A DNA stretch of 64,000 nucleotides, taken from Phyllobates terribilis (lineage: Eukaryota). Below, piece by piece: positions 26,060-38,570 of the stretch. The stretch spans positions 431,334,001-431,398,000 of the forward strand of contig NW_027362771.1 of assembly GCF_046119375.1 (NCBI RefSeq). The letters run 5' to 3'. The translations under genes and the position numbers were made by a program. Each line of letters opens with the position of its first letter. The stretch's first letter is position 1. The notes beneath the pieces are model-generated. The model was not told the origin of the DNA and made no database searches. It worked only from the letters and a program-made list of their open reading frames with translations.

Positions 26060-27060
26060 ACACCCTTCTACCAAAGGACAGATCAGTAGAAGAGGAAAGG
26101 TCAAGACGGTAATGTTTGTAAAATGTAGCAGGGGATGACCAAGTTGCCGCCTTACATATAATGTCGATGGGCACATCCGCCTGCTCAGCCCAGGAAGCAG
26201 CTACCGCTCTGGTGGAATGGGCCTTCAGGTTCTCAGGAACCGGCAGATTGCTAGAAGAGTTGGCTAAGGTAATAGTATCCCTGACCCATCTAGCTATGGT
26301 CCCCCTTGTAACCTTAAGTCCTTTCCTAGCCCCCTGAAAGGATATAAAGCGTCACTCTTTCTCCAGGCTTTTGTCACTTCCAAATACTGGACTAACACCC
26401 TCCTAACATCTAAGGTGTGAAGCTTATATTCCTCAGAATCCCTAAGATTAGGATAGAAGGAAGGGAGAGTGATTACTTGCGTCCTATGGAACTTGGAGGC
26501 TACCTTTGGAAGATAGGCCGGGTCTGGTCTTAAGATTACTCTATCCATACATACTTGAGTGAATGGATGGTTAACGGATAGTGCGTGTAAGTCACTGACT
26601 CTACGAGCTGATGTCAGGGCCACCAATAGCGCAGTCTTTAAAGTTAAGATTTTTTCTGAAACCTTCTCTAAGGGCTCGAAGGGAGGTTTGGTTAATGCTT
26701 CCAGAACTAAATTAAGGTCCCAAGGAGGCATTCTTGGAACAGGAATAGGTCTGGATCTATGACAGGCTTTAATAAATCTAATGATCCATCTATTTGCTGC
26801 CAAGTCATAATTATACAGTGCCCCCAGAGCCGATACCTGTACCTTAAGAGTACTGGTGGCTAGTCCCATGTTTAACCCCTTCTGGAGGAATTCTAGTATG
26901 GCCTCAATAGGAACCCTCCCTTTGGCAGACTGACCCGAGGTAGACAAGAACTTAGCCCAGGTTCTACCATAGATTCTAGTTGTTATCGGCTTTCTACTTG
27001 CTAGAAGGGTAGTAGCAAGATCTGGAGAAAACCCCCTTTGCGTCAATAGCGACCTCTCAA
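26060..27060 (-). pseudogene. DIRS tyrosine recombinase (frameshifted near 26345)
   Basis: LLTQRGFS..ASRK..T..IY, LVALTSARRVSDL (catalytic R) and LHTLDVRR. After a frameshift: AHSTRAVAASWA...ATWSSPATFYKHYRLD (HxxR and catalytic Y). Confidence 0.92.
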
Positions 27061-29000
27061 AATCCAAGCCGTCAAATGCAGGCCCGCTCTTTGGGGATGA
27101 CAGACTGGGCCCTGCCTGAGGAGATCCGGGATGTCCGGAAGAACCCATGGATCTGCTTGGGACATGCTCTTCATCCAAGTGAACCATGGTCTCTTGGGCC
27201 AGAACGGGGCGATCAATATAACCCTCGCCCGTTCCTCTCGGATCTTCCTCAGGATAGTAGGGATCAGTACTAAAGGGGGAAAGGCATAAGCTAGAGTGAA
27301 ATCCCACTGAATCTGCAGCACGTCCACCGCAAACGCCCCCTCTTTTGGATTCAGGGAGCAAAAGGTTTCGGTCTTCCGATTGTGTCTGTTTGCAAACAGA
27401 TCTATCTGGGGCTGTCCCCACCGATCCACAATCTGCTAAAAAACGGCTGGATTCAACTCCCACTCTCCTTGTTTCAAGATGTGACGACTCAAGAAATTGG
27501 CCTTTATGTTCTCTTCCCCTTTTATATGCAGTGCCGAGTGCGTAACCAGCCGACTCTCGGCAAACCTGAAGATCTGATCCGCTATTAACATCAGAGGGAG
27601 AGACCTGGTACCCCCCTGATGATTGATGTAGGCGACTGTTGATCTGTTGTCTGACATTATCCTGACGTGAGGACCCTGAAGAACAGAACTGAATTCTTTT
27701 AGCGCGTTTCTGGCTGCCAACAGCTCTTTCATGTTGGAAGAGAGGCTTGTCTCGCTGTCCGACCAGAGGCCTTGTACAGAACGATCCCTTAGGTGAGCTC
27801 CCCAACCTTCCGCACTTGCGTCTGTTGTAATTGTATCCGACACCTGGAAGGTCCAAGGAACCCCCAAAGATAGGTTGACCGGAGATGTCCACCAGTCCAG
27901 GGAGTTGATCACAACATCTGGAAGAGATATTTTCCCATTCAGGCGACCTTTGAGCCGCCTGTCCGCTGCCAGAATCTCCTGTTGAAGACATCTGGAATGG
28001 TGCTGGGCCCACTGAACCGCCGGAATGCAAGACGTCATTGTACCCAACAGAGACATTGCACTCCTCAGGGTGATGGTCGGATTGCTGACAATCTGAGATG
28101 TTAGGGATCTGATCTTCAGTTTCTTTTCCTCTGGCAGAAGACAGGTTTGGTTTTCAGAGTCCAGAATGAGACCCAGGAAAGACTGAACCCTCTTTGGTTC
28201 CAGCCTTGACTTCTCCAGATTTAACAGCCAACCTAGGCGTCTTAGACTGGCCATGACGTCCGCCAGGGCTAGAGCACAGAGTTGACTTGATCTGCCCACT
28301 ACTAAGAAGTCGTCCAGATAAGGGATGACTAAAATATCTCTTTCCCTCAAGTGCGCTGTGACCTCCAGAATGATTTTTGTGAAGACTCTCAGCGCCATGG
28401 AAATGCCAAAGGGAAGAGCTGCGAACTGAAAATGCCTTACGTGCCTGCCGAATTGTACAGCTACTCTTAGAAACTGTTGATGATCTGGCAAAATCGGGAC
28501 GTGGTAGTAGGCGTCCTTCAGATCGAGGACGCACATAAAACAGTCCGGAAATAACATCTTTATGGCTGATTTTATTGTTTCCATCTTGAAAGGCCTGTAG
28601 ATTAAATGGTCGTTCAGTCTCTTTAAGTTCGCAATGGTCCTGAAGGAGCCGTCCGGCTTCTTTATTAGGAAGAGGGTCGAATAGAATCCTCTTCCTTGCT
28701 CGGGTGCAGGACTCCTTTCCTGAGCAGAGAGAGAACTTCCTGCTGTAAGGCTATCTGTTCCGCTAAACCTCTGGGGGCTGATATTTTGACAGTGTTCTTG
28801 GGCCTGCTCTTGAACTCTAGTGTGAGCCCCCTCCTGATTATCCCTAAGATCCAGGAATTGGATGAAATTTTCTTCCAGGCAGGCAGGAAGTGGGACAATC
28901 TTCCTCCCACCTGGGGGGAACTGTCACTTAGGGGCTTTCTTATTCTCGGAGGAGGGACCCCCAAACATGAAGCCTCTGCTATACGGCTTTCGGTCTTTCC
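27043..29000 (-). pseudogene. DIRS RT/RNase H/methyltransferase-like ORF (frameshift near 28695, premature TAG at 27436)
   Basis: VGGRL..F...W..I...W, LDLKDAYYHVP, YLDD and TTDASAEGWG (RNase H), then SDNRSTVAYINHQGG. MT-like DLFA..N and AYAFPP..LI...LRKI. Confidence 0.92.
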
Positions 29001-30180
29001 AGCTACCTTGGTCTCTGGGAGCTTTACTGCGGCTGTATTTTCTCTTCCGAAAGGAACTGTTAAATCGGGAACCAGACACCGTGGGAAATCCATGTTTTTT
29101 GTCTGCGGCTTTATCTAGGATGTCATCTAGACCTTTGCCGAACAAGAAGTCCCCCTCACAAGGGATTGAGCACAGTTTAGACTTTGACTGCACATCTCCT
29201 GGCCAGCTCTTGAGCCATAGCGCCCTACGGGCTGCATTAGAGAGGTTTGCAGACCGGGCAGCCAGCCTAACTGAATCTGCCGATGCATCTGCCAGGAATG
29301 CAGCCGCTCCCTGCACAAGAGGAAGGTCTGATAGAATTTTCTCCCTGGACACATTCCCCCTGATCTGGTCTTCCAATTGTTGAAGCCAGATCGTCATAGA
29401 TCTAGCAGTGCAGGTCGCTGCTACTGCCGGTTTAAGGGCCCCTGCTGACGACTCCCAGGTTTGCTTAAGGAAGGACTCCGCTTTTTTATCCAGCGGGTCT
29501 TTTAAGGCTCCTAAATCCTCAAAGGGCAGAGTGGATTTTTTTGAAGATTTTGAAATGGCCACGTCAATCTTAGGGGTTTTGTCCCATTTAGCCGCATCCT
29601 CATCCTCAAAGGGGTACTTCCGCTTGGAGGATGACGGCAGCTGACCCTTCCTCTCCGGTTTCTTCCATTCCCTTTCTATCAGAGATTTAATCCTGTCATT
29701 GACCGGGAATGAGCGTCTCCTCCTTTGGTCTAAGCCCCCGAACATAACATCCTGGACTGTTCTGGGCACTTTGGTATCGGTAATACCCATAGTCCCTCTG
29801 ACGGCTTTAACTAGTCTCTCAGTATTATCAACCGAAAAACAAGGTCTGCCCCCCCCATTATCATCCGAAGACTCCGATGACGATGAGGAGTGATTAGAGG
29901 AGGAAGGCAGTTCTCTCGTAAAACGGGACTCCACTGATTCCTCTGATTCTGAAGAAACTAGTTTTTGCTTCTTCTTTTTGAGTGAGGTTAAGCCTCTTAA
30001 AGACTCTCTGACCTCTGTCTGGATTAGATCCTTTAATTCTAAAGAAAACCTGGGGGACTCCTCTGCAATGGTTTTCTGAATACAGTCTGAGCATAGGTTT
30101 TTGGCATAGGAGGTGGGAAGACCGATTTTGCATAAAGCACACTCCCTGTTTTTATTTTTAGCACTACACTTCTTCGCCTC
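28924..30180 (-). CDS. DIRS gag/ORF1 main part (CxxC-CxxC knuckle plus LAP2alpha-like region)
   Basis: Long open frame with CALC...LCSDC and REWKKPERK...KRKYPF...W...PKID...LKDPLDKK, typical of vertebrate DIRS1 ORF1. No in-frame ATG at its start. Confidence 0.85.
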   Translation of the reverse strand, partial: EAKKCSAKNKNRECALCKIGLPTSYAKNLCSDCIQKTIAEESPRFSLELKDLIQTEVRESLRGLTSLKKKKQKLVSSESEESVESRFTRELPSSSNHSSSSSESSDDNGGGRPCFSVDNTERLVKAVRGTMGITDTKVPRTVQDVMFGGLDQRRRRSFPVNDRIKSLIEREWKKPERKGQLPSSSKRKYPFEDEDAAKWDKTPKIDVAISKSSKKSTLPFEDLGALKDPLDKKAESFLKQTWESSAGALKPAVAATCTARSMTIWLQQLEDQIRGNVSREKILSDLPLVQGAAAFLADASADSVRLAARSANLSNAARRALWLKSWPGDVQSKSKLCSIPCEGDFLFGKGLDDILDKAADKKHGFPTVSGSRFNSSFRKRKYSRSKAPRDQGSWKDRKPYSRGFMFGGPSSENKKAPK

Positions 30181-33100
30181 CTGCCCCAAGAAATAAAAGG
30201 AGAAGAAGGAGGAAAAGAGAGAGAGAGAGAGAAGAGCACATTATTCAAGGTGAGACTTTCACGAAGATCACTCACCACACTGCCGTTCAGACTAGGGTAC
30301 CGGAGGCGGTGGTTGCCGTTCACATGAGGGCTCCCATCTGGCGGAGGTGGACTGACGAAGTCTTTTCTGACCAGTCTTGCCGGAACTCGTACGCCCCTCA
30401 CTGCTGTGACTTTGTCGATGGGAAGATTCCCGTTCCATTTGTTTGAGCTGCTTGCGCTGCTTTGATGGCTGTGGCTGCTGCTGTACTTCCTGTGGCGGTG
30501 ACAGCTGCTGCCCAGGTGACTGCGGTTCCTCATTCATCATGGCGGGGATGCAGACACCGCCATCCTGATTGCTCCCCATCCTTAAAAGCAGTAGGGCTCC
30601 ACCTCCTTTAGGCTCCTCCCCTTCCGGCAGCGTGCTCATCTCTCTTTCTTTTTTTAAAATTTTAGCCAGCTGGCGCGCTACCCGCAGATCCACCTGCCTC
30701 TGCGCGTGCGCAGCCCAGCGGCACCCGGCGCGCTTGCAGCGGGATGACAGCTTCCCACCCGCGCATGCGCAGACCCGGTTTCCGGCGCACTCCGTGATAG
30801 GGCGCGTCAGCACCCCGCGCGTGCGCAGCCCGGACTTCCGGCGCGCTCCGTCACAGGGTGCGACGCGACCCCCACGTGCGCAGCCCGGAAGACCTGCCGG
30901 CTGGCGCGCTCAGTTCATCTTTGCGAGGCGCAGACCCGGCCGCAGGCCCCGGCGCACGCGGGGAGGCATCCAAAGGAAAACAGCACCTCCTCCCCACACG
31001 CAGACCCGGGCAGCAGCCAGACGGGCTGGGAACAGGGACCATCTGCTGCTTCCACGGCCTCCAGGCCGCACCGTCCATAATCCAGGTACGTGAGGTACCA
31101 CCTGGTGAGGCTCCCATCAGGGACAGGAACCAAAAACTGATGCGGAGGAGAGGTACCGCCTTTTTATTCAGTAGGTTCCTGTCCTTGGTGGGCGGATACC
31201 CTCTCTCAGGTGGTGCTGTCATGGGAGAAGGGGAAAATTATAGCTCTCAAAATATGGTGATGCAAAAACTAGATTTTGCAAAAAAAAAAAAGCGTCTTTT
31301 AGTGTGTGACAGCTGTCAGTCATAAAAACCCGATATAAATCTGGTATCTCTGTAATCGCACCGACCCGAAGAATAAAGTAATCTCATCACTTATACCGCA
31401 CGAGGAGCGGCGTAAAAAATAAATAAAACCAATTCTTCACCTGCTACTGATTTGTTTATTATGTCTCCCAAAGCTCGCAGTAAGGCTCTGCTCACATTTA
31501 TCCTGCACTCTGCGCTGAGCACTTACACCAGAGTTTCCGTGTAAATCTCTGAAATATGTGATTCAGCCGGAACCCATGACGTTAGATTCCCTGTAATGAG
31601 GCAGATATAGACCACTGTGGACGCCGTCTAGCCTGGGATCCCACGGTGTCATTTGTTTTAGGCGTGCATAAAAGTGCGGTTGGCCAGTTTTGTGCACTTC
31701 TGAAAAAAAGGACACCGCTAAACAGAGGCCAGACGGAGTCCAGAGTAACTCTGCTGCCTCATTACAGTGAATGGATCCCGCAGGGGTTTCATCTGAATTA
31801 TATCACTTGGAAATTTAGATGGAAACCCCGATGTAAGTGCTCAGCCTAGAGCGCCGGATAAATGTTACGTAAAATGTTCCCAATAAAAGCTTCAACTCAG
31901 TCCTCAAAAAAAGCTAGTCCCCACTCAGGTCCGTCATCTGTTAAAAATATAAGGGACTTCCAAGTTACTGGTAGCAGAAAGGCTCTGGAAAATCAAAATG
32001 GCCCTTGCCCCCCAAAAGAAATTCAGAAAATTTTGTGCTCCCAAATCCAAATGCCTATTCTACAATAATTTGTTCTCCAATTGTCAAATAGCACTCCGTC
32101 CCCCCCAGATCTCGCAGTATGGCTGAGCGGTACGATACAGCCACATATGGGGTATTGCCACTTTTAGAAGAAATTGTGTGACACATTTCGGCACCATTTT
32201 TACCCATTGCCCTGTGTGAAAATGTAAAATCTGAGGGTAAAACATTTTTTTTGTGGTAAAAATATAATTATGCTTTTTTCACTGCCCAATGGTATAAATG
32301 TAAAAATTAAAAAATACTCACTACTTCCCTAGATGAATTCCTTGACAGGTGTAGTTTACAAAATGGGGTCACTTGTGGGGGTTTCTGCTGTGTCGGCATG
32401 TCAGCGACTCTTCAAATGTGACATGGTGTCTGCCACCTATCCCAGCCAACATAGCGCTCCTTTCTCTTCCGAACCCTGCCGTACACCAAAGCAGTGGTTT
32501 TCCTCCACATATGGGGTATCGGCGTACTCAGGAGAAATTGCACAACAAATTTCATGGTGCAATTTATCCTATTACCCTTATGATAATGCAAAATTAAGGG
32601 ATGAAAAACGTTTTTGTGGGAAAAATGTGAAAATTTTATTTTTACAGCTCAATATTATAATCTTCTGTGAAGCACCTTGGGGTTCAAGGTGCTCACCACA
32701 CATCTAGATAGGTTCCCTAAGGGGTCTAGTTTCCAAAATGGTGTCACTTGTGGGGGTTTCCACTGTTTAGGCACATCAGGAGCTCTCCAAACGCAACATG
32801 GCGTCTGCTAATTATTCAGACAAATTTTATATTCAAAAAGTCTAATGGCGCTCCTTCCCTTCCGAACCCCGCAGTGCGCCCAAACAGTGGTTTTCCCTCA
32901 CATATGGGGTATCAGCACGCTCAAGAGAAATTGCACAAAAAATTTTTACCCCTGTGAAAATAGAAAAAATTGGGTCTAAAGTAACATTTTTGTGAAAAAA
33001 AGTTAAATGTTAATTTTTTTCTTCCACATTCCAAAAATTCCTGTGAAGCACCTGAAGGGTTAATAAAGTTCTTGAATGTGGTTTTGAGCACCTTGAGGGG

Positions 33101-34314
33101 TGCAGTTTTTAGAATGGTGTCACTTTTTGGTATTTTCTGTCATAAAGACCTCTCAAAGTGACTTCAAATATGATGTGGTACCTAAAAAAATGTTTTTGTA
33201 AATTTTGTTGGAAAAATGAGAAATCGCTGGTCAACTTTTAACCCTTATAGCTCCCTAACAAAAAAAAATTTTGGTTCCAAAATTGTGCTGCTGTAAAGTA
33301 GACATGTGGGAAATGTTATTTATTAACTACTTTGTGTGACACATCTTACAAATGTCAACCATAACACTGATGAGGCCCTTGGTGAAAATAAGTTTGACAC
33401 CGCTGTTCTAAAGAGACTGTATGTATTGAGCCAGATTCATTGGATGATCCCCATTTTTAAAAAAAAAAATAATCAAAAAACAACTTATTGTTTAAAATTT
33501 TGTTAATCATATTTGTTAGTGATTATGTTTTCCACGTCACTATGTATGAAATAAATAACTAAAATAAAAACTTGAAATATCGCAGTTTTCACAGATTCCA
33601 AACTTCTATATCAGGGGCCATTTGTATTGCGTTTTGCCCCTTCCGTCAGGTGTTCATCTGAATTCCCAAAAATTTGAATTCAAGCAGAGATACAGACGGA
33701 ACCATAGTGTACAATGGGACAAAAAGAATTCAAGGACTCGGCAGGATTTTTCCTTCAAGACAGTAAAAAAAATTTTTTATAAGTCCTGTGTCTCTCAGAC
33801 GACTGCATCTCCGGGAAAAAGCACAAGTCTACCTATAGATAATTTCTTTCACATCGTGAGGTCAGAAGGATTAAAAAGTACATATTAATATTACTAAACT
33901 ATCAGTGTGAAAAGAGGATTACTAATTACCACACATGTATTGAGATAAAGGGAAGGTCGCTTCAACATCAATGTTGGTGCTTTGGGGCCCTTATACATCT
34001 GGACGATACATCCGATAGCTTGGATTATTCTGCACTTTAATGGTATCCAAAATGCAGATTAACAAAATACAACTGATGCCAGTTTAGACCAAGAAATACT
34101 TATATATTTCTCCTGTCCGACAACAAAGACTTCAGAAATCAGACGCTTATTCAGATTTAAAAATCTATACATAATCCAGGGAAGATATTTACAGAATGAA
34201 CAAAGTCAAAATAGCCAATAGGTATGTCAATATTGTACAAAAAAGCTATGTTTTTTACAGCATTAGAATGTCTATGGGAGAATGAAAAAAAAAAAAAACT
34301 CTGAAGACGATCCA

Positions 34315-34497
34315 TTAATTAGCTTTCCTCTTCTTTACAGAAGGTCTCTCAAACACATCTCTTACACCAGCTGCTTTCTGCTTAAAGAACTTTGTATTCT
34401 GGGCGCTCTCTTGTCCCCAAGCCGAATCAAATGAAGTTGTGTCTTGATCAACCAAGTGAGTGTATTTCGTGCGACCTGAACGACCAAAATTTTTGAC
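34315..34497 (-). CDS. MFAP1: Microfibrillar-associated protein 1, exon 9 (terminal)
   Basis: cag|[60 protein letters not shown]. Confidence 0.97.
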   Translation of the reverse strand, partial: VKNFGRSGRTKYTHLVDQDTTSFDSAWGQESAQNTKFFKQKAAGVRDVFERPSVKKRKAN

Positions 34498-35745
34498 CTG
34501 AATTGAAAACATGAGAAATGGTTTATGGTGGGTTTTTTTGATTTACAAAGAGAAACCAGTATATCAATTAACACAAAATGTGACTCTTTGATTACTTAGG
34601 TATACAGAGGTGACATTCACGAGAATGCGGTCATTGTCAGACCGGTCACATCTGCAGGTTTGCAGATGTGACGGTGTGCTCATGCAGCTCAGAGTGCTTG
34701 TTCACACTTTGTGTGTGTGAGAGCAGGATTTATATTTATTTTATCGAACTTGACTCTATTGTGGATATTCTAAATTTATCTCCTGCTTTCCAAGATAGAG
34801 TTTGAGCCAGAATGTGTGTGTGAGATAAGGAGTTTTAGGAATGTCTTTGTCTAACAGACTTAGAGAAAACATAGGAAAGTAGAAGAAACTAAACTACGTG
34901 AGAGTTACACCTAGACTCTTCTGATGGGTGTAGACAGAATTAACTTTAGACAATTAGATTAATGTATTCTAATGCCAGCACATATTTAGAGATAAGCTGA
35001 GCCAATTATATTGTTATCATGTATGACTACTAAATACCTATATAAGATGATGTCATACTGAAAATAAAGAGAGATCTGCCCTGATGCTCAATGTATCAGC
35101 ATGGCTCTTTTGTGCATGTACTTGGATTTTACTATTTAATTTGTGTCTGTTCCAATGTCTCAGAATGTATGTGGCGACGACAGGTGGGAGGCAGAAGATT
35201 TCTGCCAATTAAACACGCACTGTGGAAAGCATATTGCAAACGTGTACTAACACATCTAAGGTTGGTCAGTTGTGCACACGAATGGGAAAAAAAAAAAGTT
35301 AGTCTGAATGAAGCCTAAAGCTTGCCATGGCATAGGTATTAGAGGTTCATCTTCCTTTTTTAACAGCTTTCATGAGATGTTGAGTATCTGTGTACATGCA
35401 TTGCAGTACAAGTGCTGAGCCTGGGTTACAGTCTGTTTTATACGGCACAGCTGAATTTATAATTCTGCAGACTTCAGAGCTAAATAACTTTCCCTGCAAT
35501 CCATAAACTTTACACCGTGCACTGTTAAGTAATATGGTGTAGGACTGTTTCTTTCATATTCCATCACATTAGCTGCATTGTGGTAGTTCAGCTAATGTGA
35601 CAGAATATGACAGAAATAATCATTTCCGAGTTACTGTAACCTGTACAATGGTTTTAAAAGTCATTTTTCAGACTATAAGAACTTTCAGGGAAGCATAACT
35701 AAATGTTGAACTGAACCGGAAGTTCATAGTAGAATAAGTTGTTAC

Positions 35746-35835
35746 CTGCATAACTTTAGGCAGAATGGTTTTGTTGAAGTGGTCTTCCAATGTAGGAGCA
35801 CTGAAATCTCTTTTGTACACATCCTCATCTTCATC
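35746..35835 (-). CDS. MFAP1: MFAP1 exon 8
   Basis: tttag|[30 protein letters not shown]|gtaac. Confidence 0.97.
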
Positions 35836-35927
35836 CTAAAGAATAAAAAAAACACATGATTAAATAGTTTTCTACACGGCAAAGAGAAATAGAGGCATGT
35901 CACATTCTTCACTGGATCATCTCCTAC

Positions 35928-36087
35928 CATGAAGAAAGCTCCTCTGTGGTAGTACTTCTGGAGAAACTTGTATTTCCCTTTTAGTGCTTTGTTGGTTATT
36001 ATCTTGCCATTGGCACGAAGCTCTGCTCTGCGCTCCTCCTCCGTCATGTTGCGCATGCGTTCAATCTCGGCCTTCTCCTTCTCCATT
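35928..36087 (-). CDS. MFAP1: MFAP1 exon 7
   Basis: tag|(A)[13 protein letters not shown]...[10 protein letters not shown]|gtagga. Confidence 0.97.
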
Positions 36088-36259
36088 CTATAATAAGAAC
36101 ATAAAAATAAACAACCAGGATCATATGGAGGCAATTTGTGGCACGAACACTACCTGTATTGTGAATATTCAATAAAAAGTAAAAACAAATGTAAAATCTA
36201 AGACTGGATTAATATGCTGCAACATGGACAAACATGCAAGTAATAATGAAAAAACGTAC

Positions 36260-36420
36260 GCTTCTCTTTCTTCACGGTCACGCTTGATGCGTTTCAGTTC
36301 TCGTACTTTCCAGGCCTCATACTCTTCCTCATCGTTCTCATCGTCAGTGTTCAGAGCATCCAGTGCAGCCAGAGACCTCTTGTTTTCCTCGATCTCTTTC
36401 TTAGCCTCCTCCTCTACAAT
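36260..36420 (-). CDS. MFAP1: MFAP1 exon 6
   Basis: tag|IVEEEAKKE...EEYEAWKVRELKRIKRDREERE|gtacgt. Confidence 0.97.
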
Positions 36421-36491
36421 CTACCAGACAAGAGGGAATTAAACCACTTTGATCTGTAACCTCTGAACAGTCATCTATAACAAATACCTAC

Positions 36492-36600
36492 CTTTAATGT
36501 ATATTTACGTCTTTCCTCTGCCATCCGCTTGGCTTCTACCTCTGCTTCTTTCTGCTTAATTGCTTCAGCTTCTCTTTCCTGAACGGTTACTCTGTCCTTC
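36492..36600 (-). CDS. MFAP1: MFAP1 exon 5
   Basis: tag|(K)KDRVTVQERE...ERRKYTLK|gtaggt. Confidence 0.97.
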
Positions 36601-37493
36601 CTACAAGAGAAACAGGATTCATTGGCAAAGTACATTTTTCCTTTCTAATGATATTTGCCACTGGACATTTTACTTTCTGTCTAATGCTCTTTAGACCTCA
36701 GAAAGTCAGAACAGAAGAGTGACTTTTCACTAATGTATTTTTGGTGGTAGTCCTGGTAACAGTAGTAGTAGTAGTTTAAAATATCGAAAACTGAAGTCCT
36801 CCGTAAATTAAGCAGTCAACGTATGCCGTACAATACTCATGTTTGAAGTGGTCTCAGAAAAAAAGTTTGCAGTCACTGTAGGTTACTGCTGAATTGTGAC
36901 AGTGTGTGATGTGCACACTGTCAAGATTCCCGTGTTGCATGTGTGGGTGATCAATGTGACTGCATGTATGTGATTTGCATACTTGCGGTCATATGTCGAC
37001 CAGTCTCACCTAGCTTCTCTAAATAGAATAGAATGGAGAGAAGTGCAGGAGTCCAGTCGGCAGGTATATAACCAGCATACATGAGATCGAGTGACTGCGC
37101 ACCCACACACCGAAGGGGAATCGTGACAGTGGGTGAATGTAGACTTTGCTTTAGAGTCCAGACAACCCATTTATAGTAAACACAAAATTTGAGCTTGGTT
37201 TAGGATAGTATACATGCATGTTTCACAATGGCCATGAATCAGAAAAACCTACAAGAAGCAAAATGAAAATAAACCCTGCTGTAAATAAATAAAAAGCAAG
37301 TGCATTTAAATAAAATGGGGTTCTTAGTAACACTGTTTTTGATCAAAAATAGTGTGAAAGCTATCCCACCAGCGACAGTGGGTGAATGCAGACTTTTCTT
37401 CATAGTCCGGACAACCCATTTATAGTAAACTGGAAATCTGCAAATTTGTCTTGTTGAAATTACACTTCAGTTTATTTTCATTTTCTCTGGAGC

Positions 37494-37747
37494 CCAGGGC
37501 TGTTGAGTCAGTAAGTCAAACCACCGACTCCACAGCCCGGCCTCACTACTGAGCGTGTACATAAAGTGCAGCACAGATTCATCTCAACTAAAAGCTGAGA
37601 TCCTTACATCAGGAACAGAACAGACATTTCATAACTTTCCCAAATTCTTATGAAAACATTTACAGAACATTCTGCATTATACTACTGTACCCAATTTATT
37701 ATATATTTTAGGAGTCAGTCCATTTTATACCGACTCCACTGCCCTGC
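37494..37747. mobile_element. hAT-type MITE (degenerate)
   Basis: CAGGGCTGTTGAGTCAG ... CCGACTCCACTGCCCTG imperfect TIRs. Confidence 0.6.
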
Positions 37748-38570
37748 TGCCACCATAAAAGGTATATAAAGGGTCCTTTGTTGCACATGATAAATATATA
37801 GAATTCATTTTACTAGTTTACATTCTTGCCGGGATTTCAGCATCAGTGCAAGTTGAAGTTTCTGGCCCAAGAAGTGCTGGAGATCGGCTCCAAAGCTCCC
37901 ACTGCAACACCTCCTGCCTGTGCTCCGGCCTTGATCAAGATAGGGACGTCCATACCCCAACTGGCTTGAATAGCAGCAGTTACTGAATCCATGGAGCATA
38001 AGATGTCTACATCATTCCTGCTTATGTAATTCTTTGGACATCGAATGTGTTAAATGACAACGTTTTTTACTTGATCCTAGTACAACTAAAAAATGATTCC
38101 TATTTAGTGACCTGATTTGTCAGTGCTAAGAAATTAGGTTTTGAAGCCACATGCAAATTAGTCTGTAAGTACACGGGGGGCAGGCCTGTACATCAGTACG
38201 CCCCCAGTGCTCTTCAAGGCTAGTCTGCATAAGGCTTAAAAGCTTGATTTTTTATGACTGCCACATAAGATTGCTCCAAAACAGGTATAATTTTTAATGT
38301 TGTATTAGGTCCTATGTAGCCATACCTCTAGTTCAGTAGTAAAGTCGTCCTGAGAGGTTTTCTATAAACCACTAACACAAATAATCTCTTTGCTCCAGAT
38401 TTTTTAAGTTATTGGATCCATTTAGCGCCTATTACAGGGCTGAACAAACCCAGTGCATAGGACATGAAGTCTTGTCATGGGGAACACTGGAGTTTGGTCT
38501 GTAACTTTAAGCTCCAATAACAAGAAAACTATTAAAAAATAAGACTAAATATTACATTGCCTTTACTCAC

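Larger units (their letters stand above)
25678..31237 (-). mobile_element. Full-length DIRS1-like tyrosine-recombinase retrotransposon (5,560 bp)
   Basis: Inverted terminal repeats identical over about 90 bp (~25715-25807 vs ~31133-31225). ICR at 25931-26016 is complementary to both termini. Gag, RT/RNase H, MT and YR ORFs present. No TSD. Confidence 0.96.
24423..33345. mobile_element. Large non-autonomous TTAA-type DNA element (AT-rich modular repeats), split by the DIRS insertion
   Basis: Starts at TTAA|CCGGTTCCCGACCG. Internal modules (AAGCGATCAAAA...GGTACC...CCGCAAAAAACAAGC; CTGTGAAGCACC...AAGGGTTAATAAA) recur, and related sequence lies at 14000-15850 and 62390-64000. Right end not identified. 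Confidence 0.6.

Noticed and set aside
26294-28030. 578-aa ORF as one protein
   Set aside because: Only the part from about 27060 onward has YR motifs. The upstream part is the overlapping frame of RT/RNase H/MT, as is usual for DIRS.
30569-31325. GC-rich overlapping ORFs on both strands as host genes
   Set aside because: They lie in the CpG-rich DIRS 5' leader and ITR, and are low-complexity Arg/Pro/Gly products of GC content.
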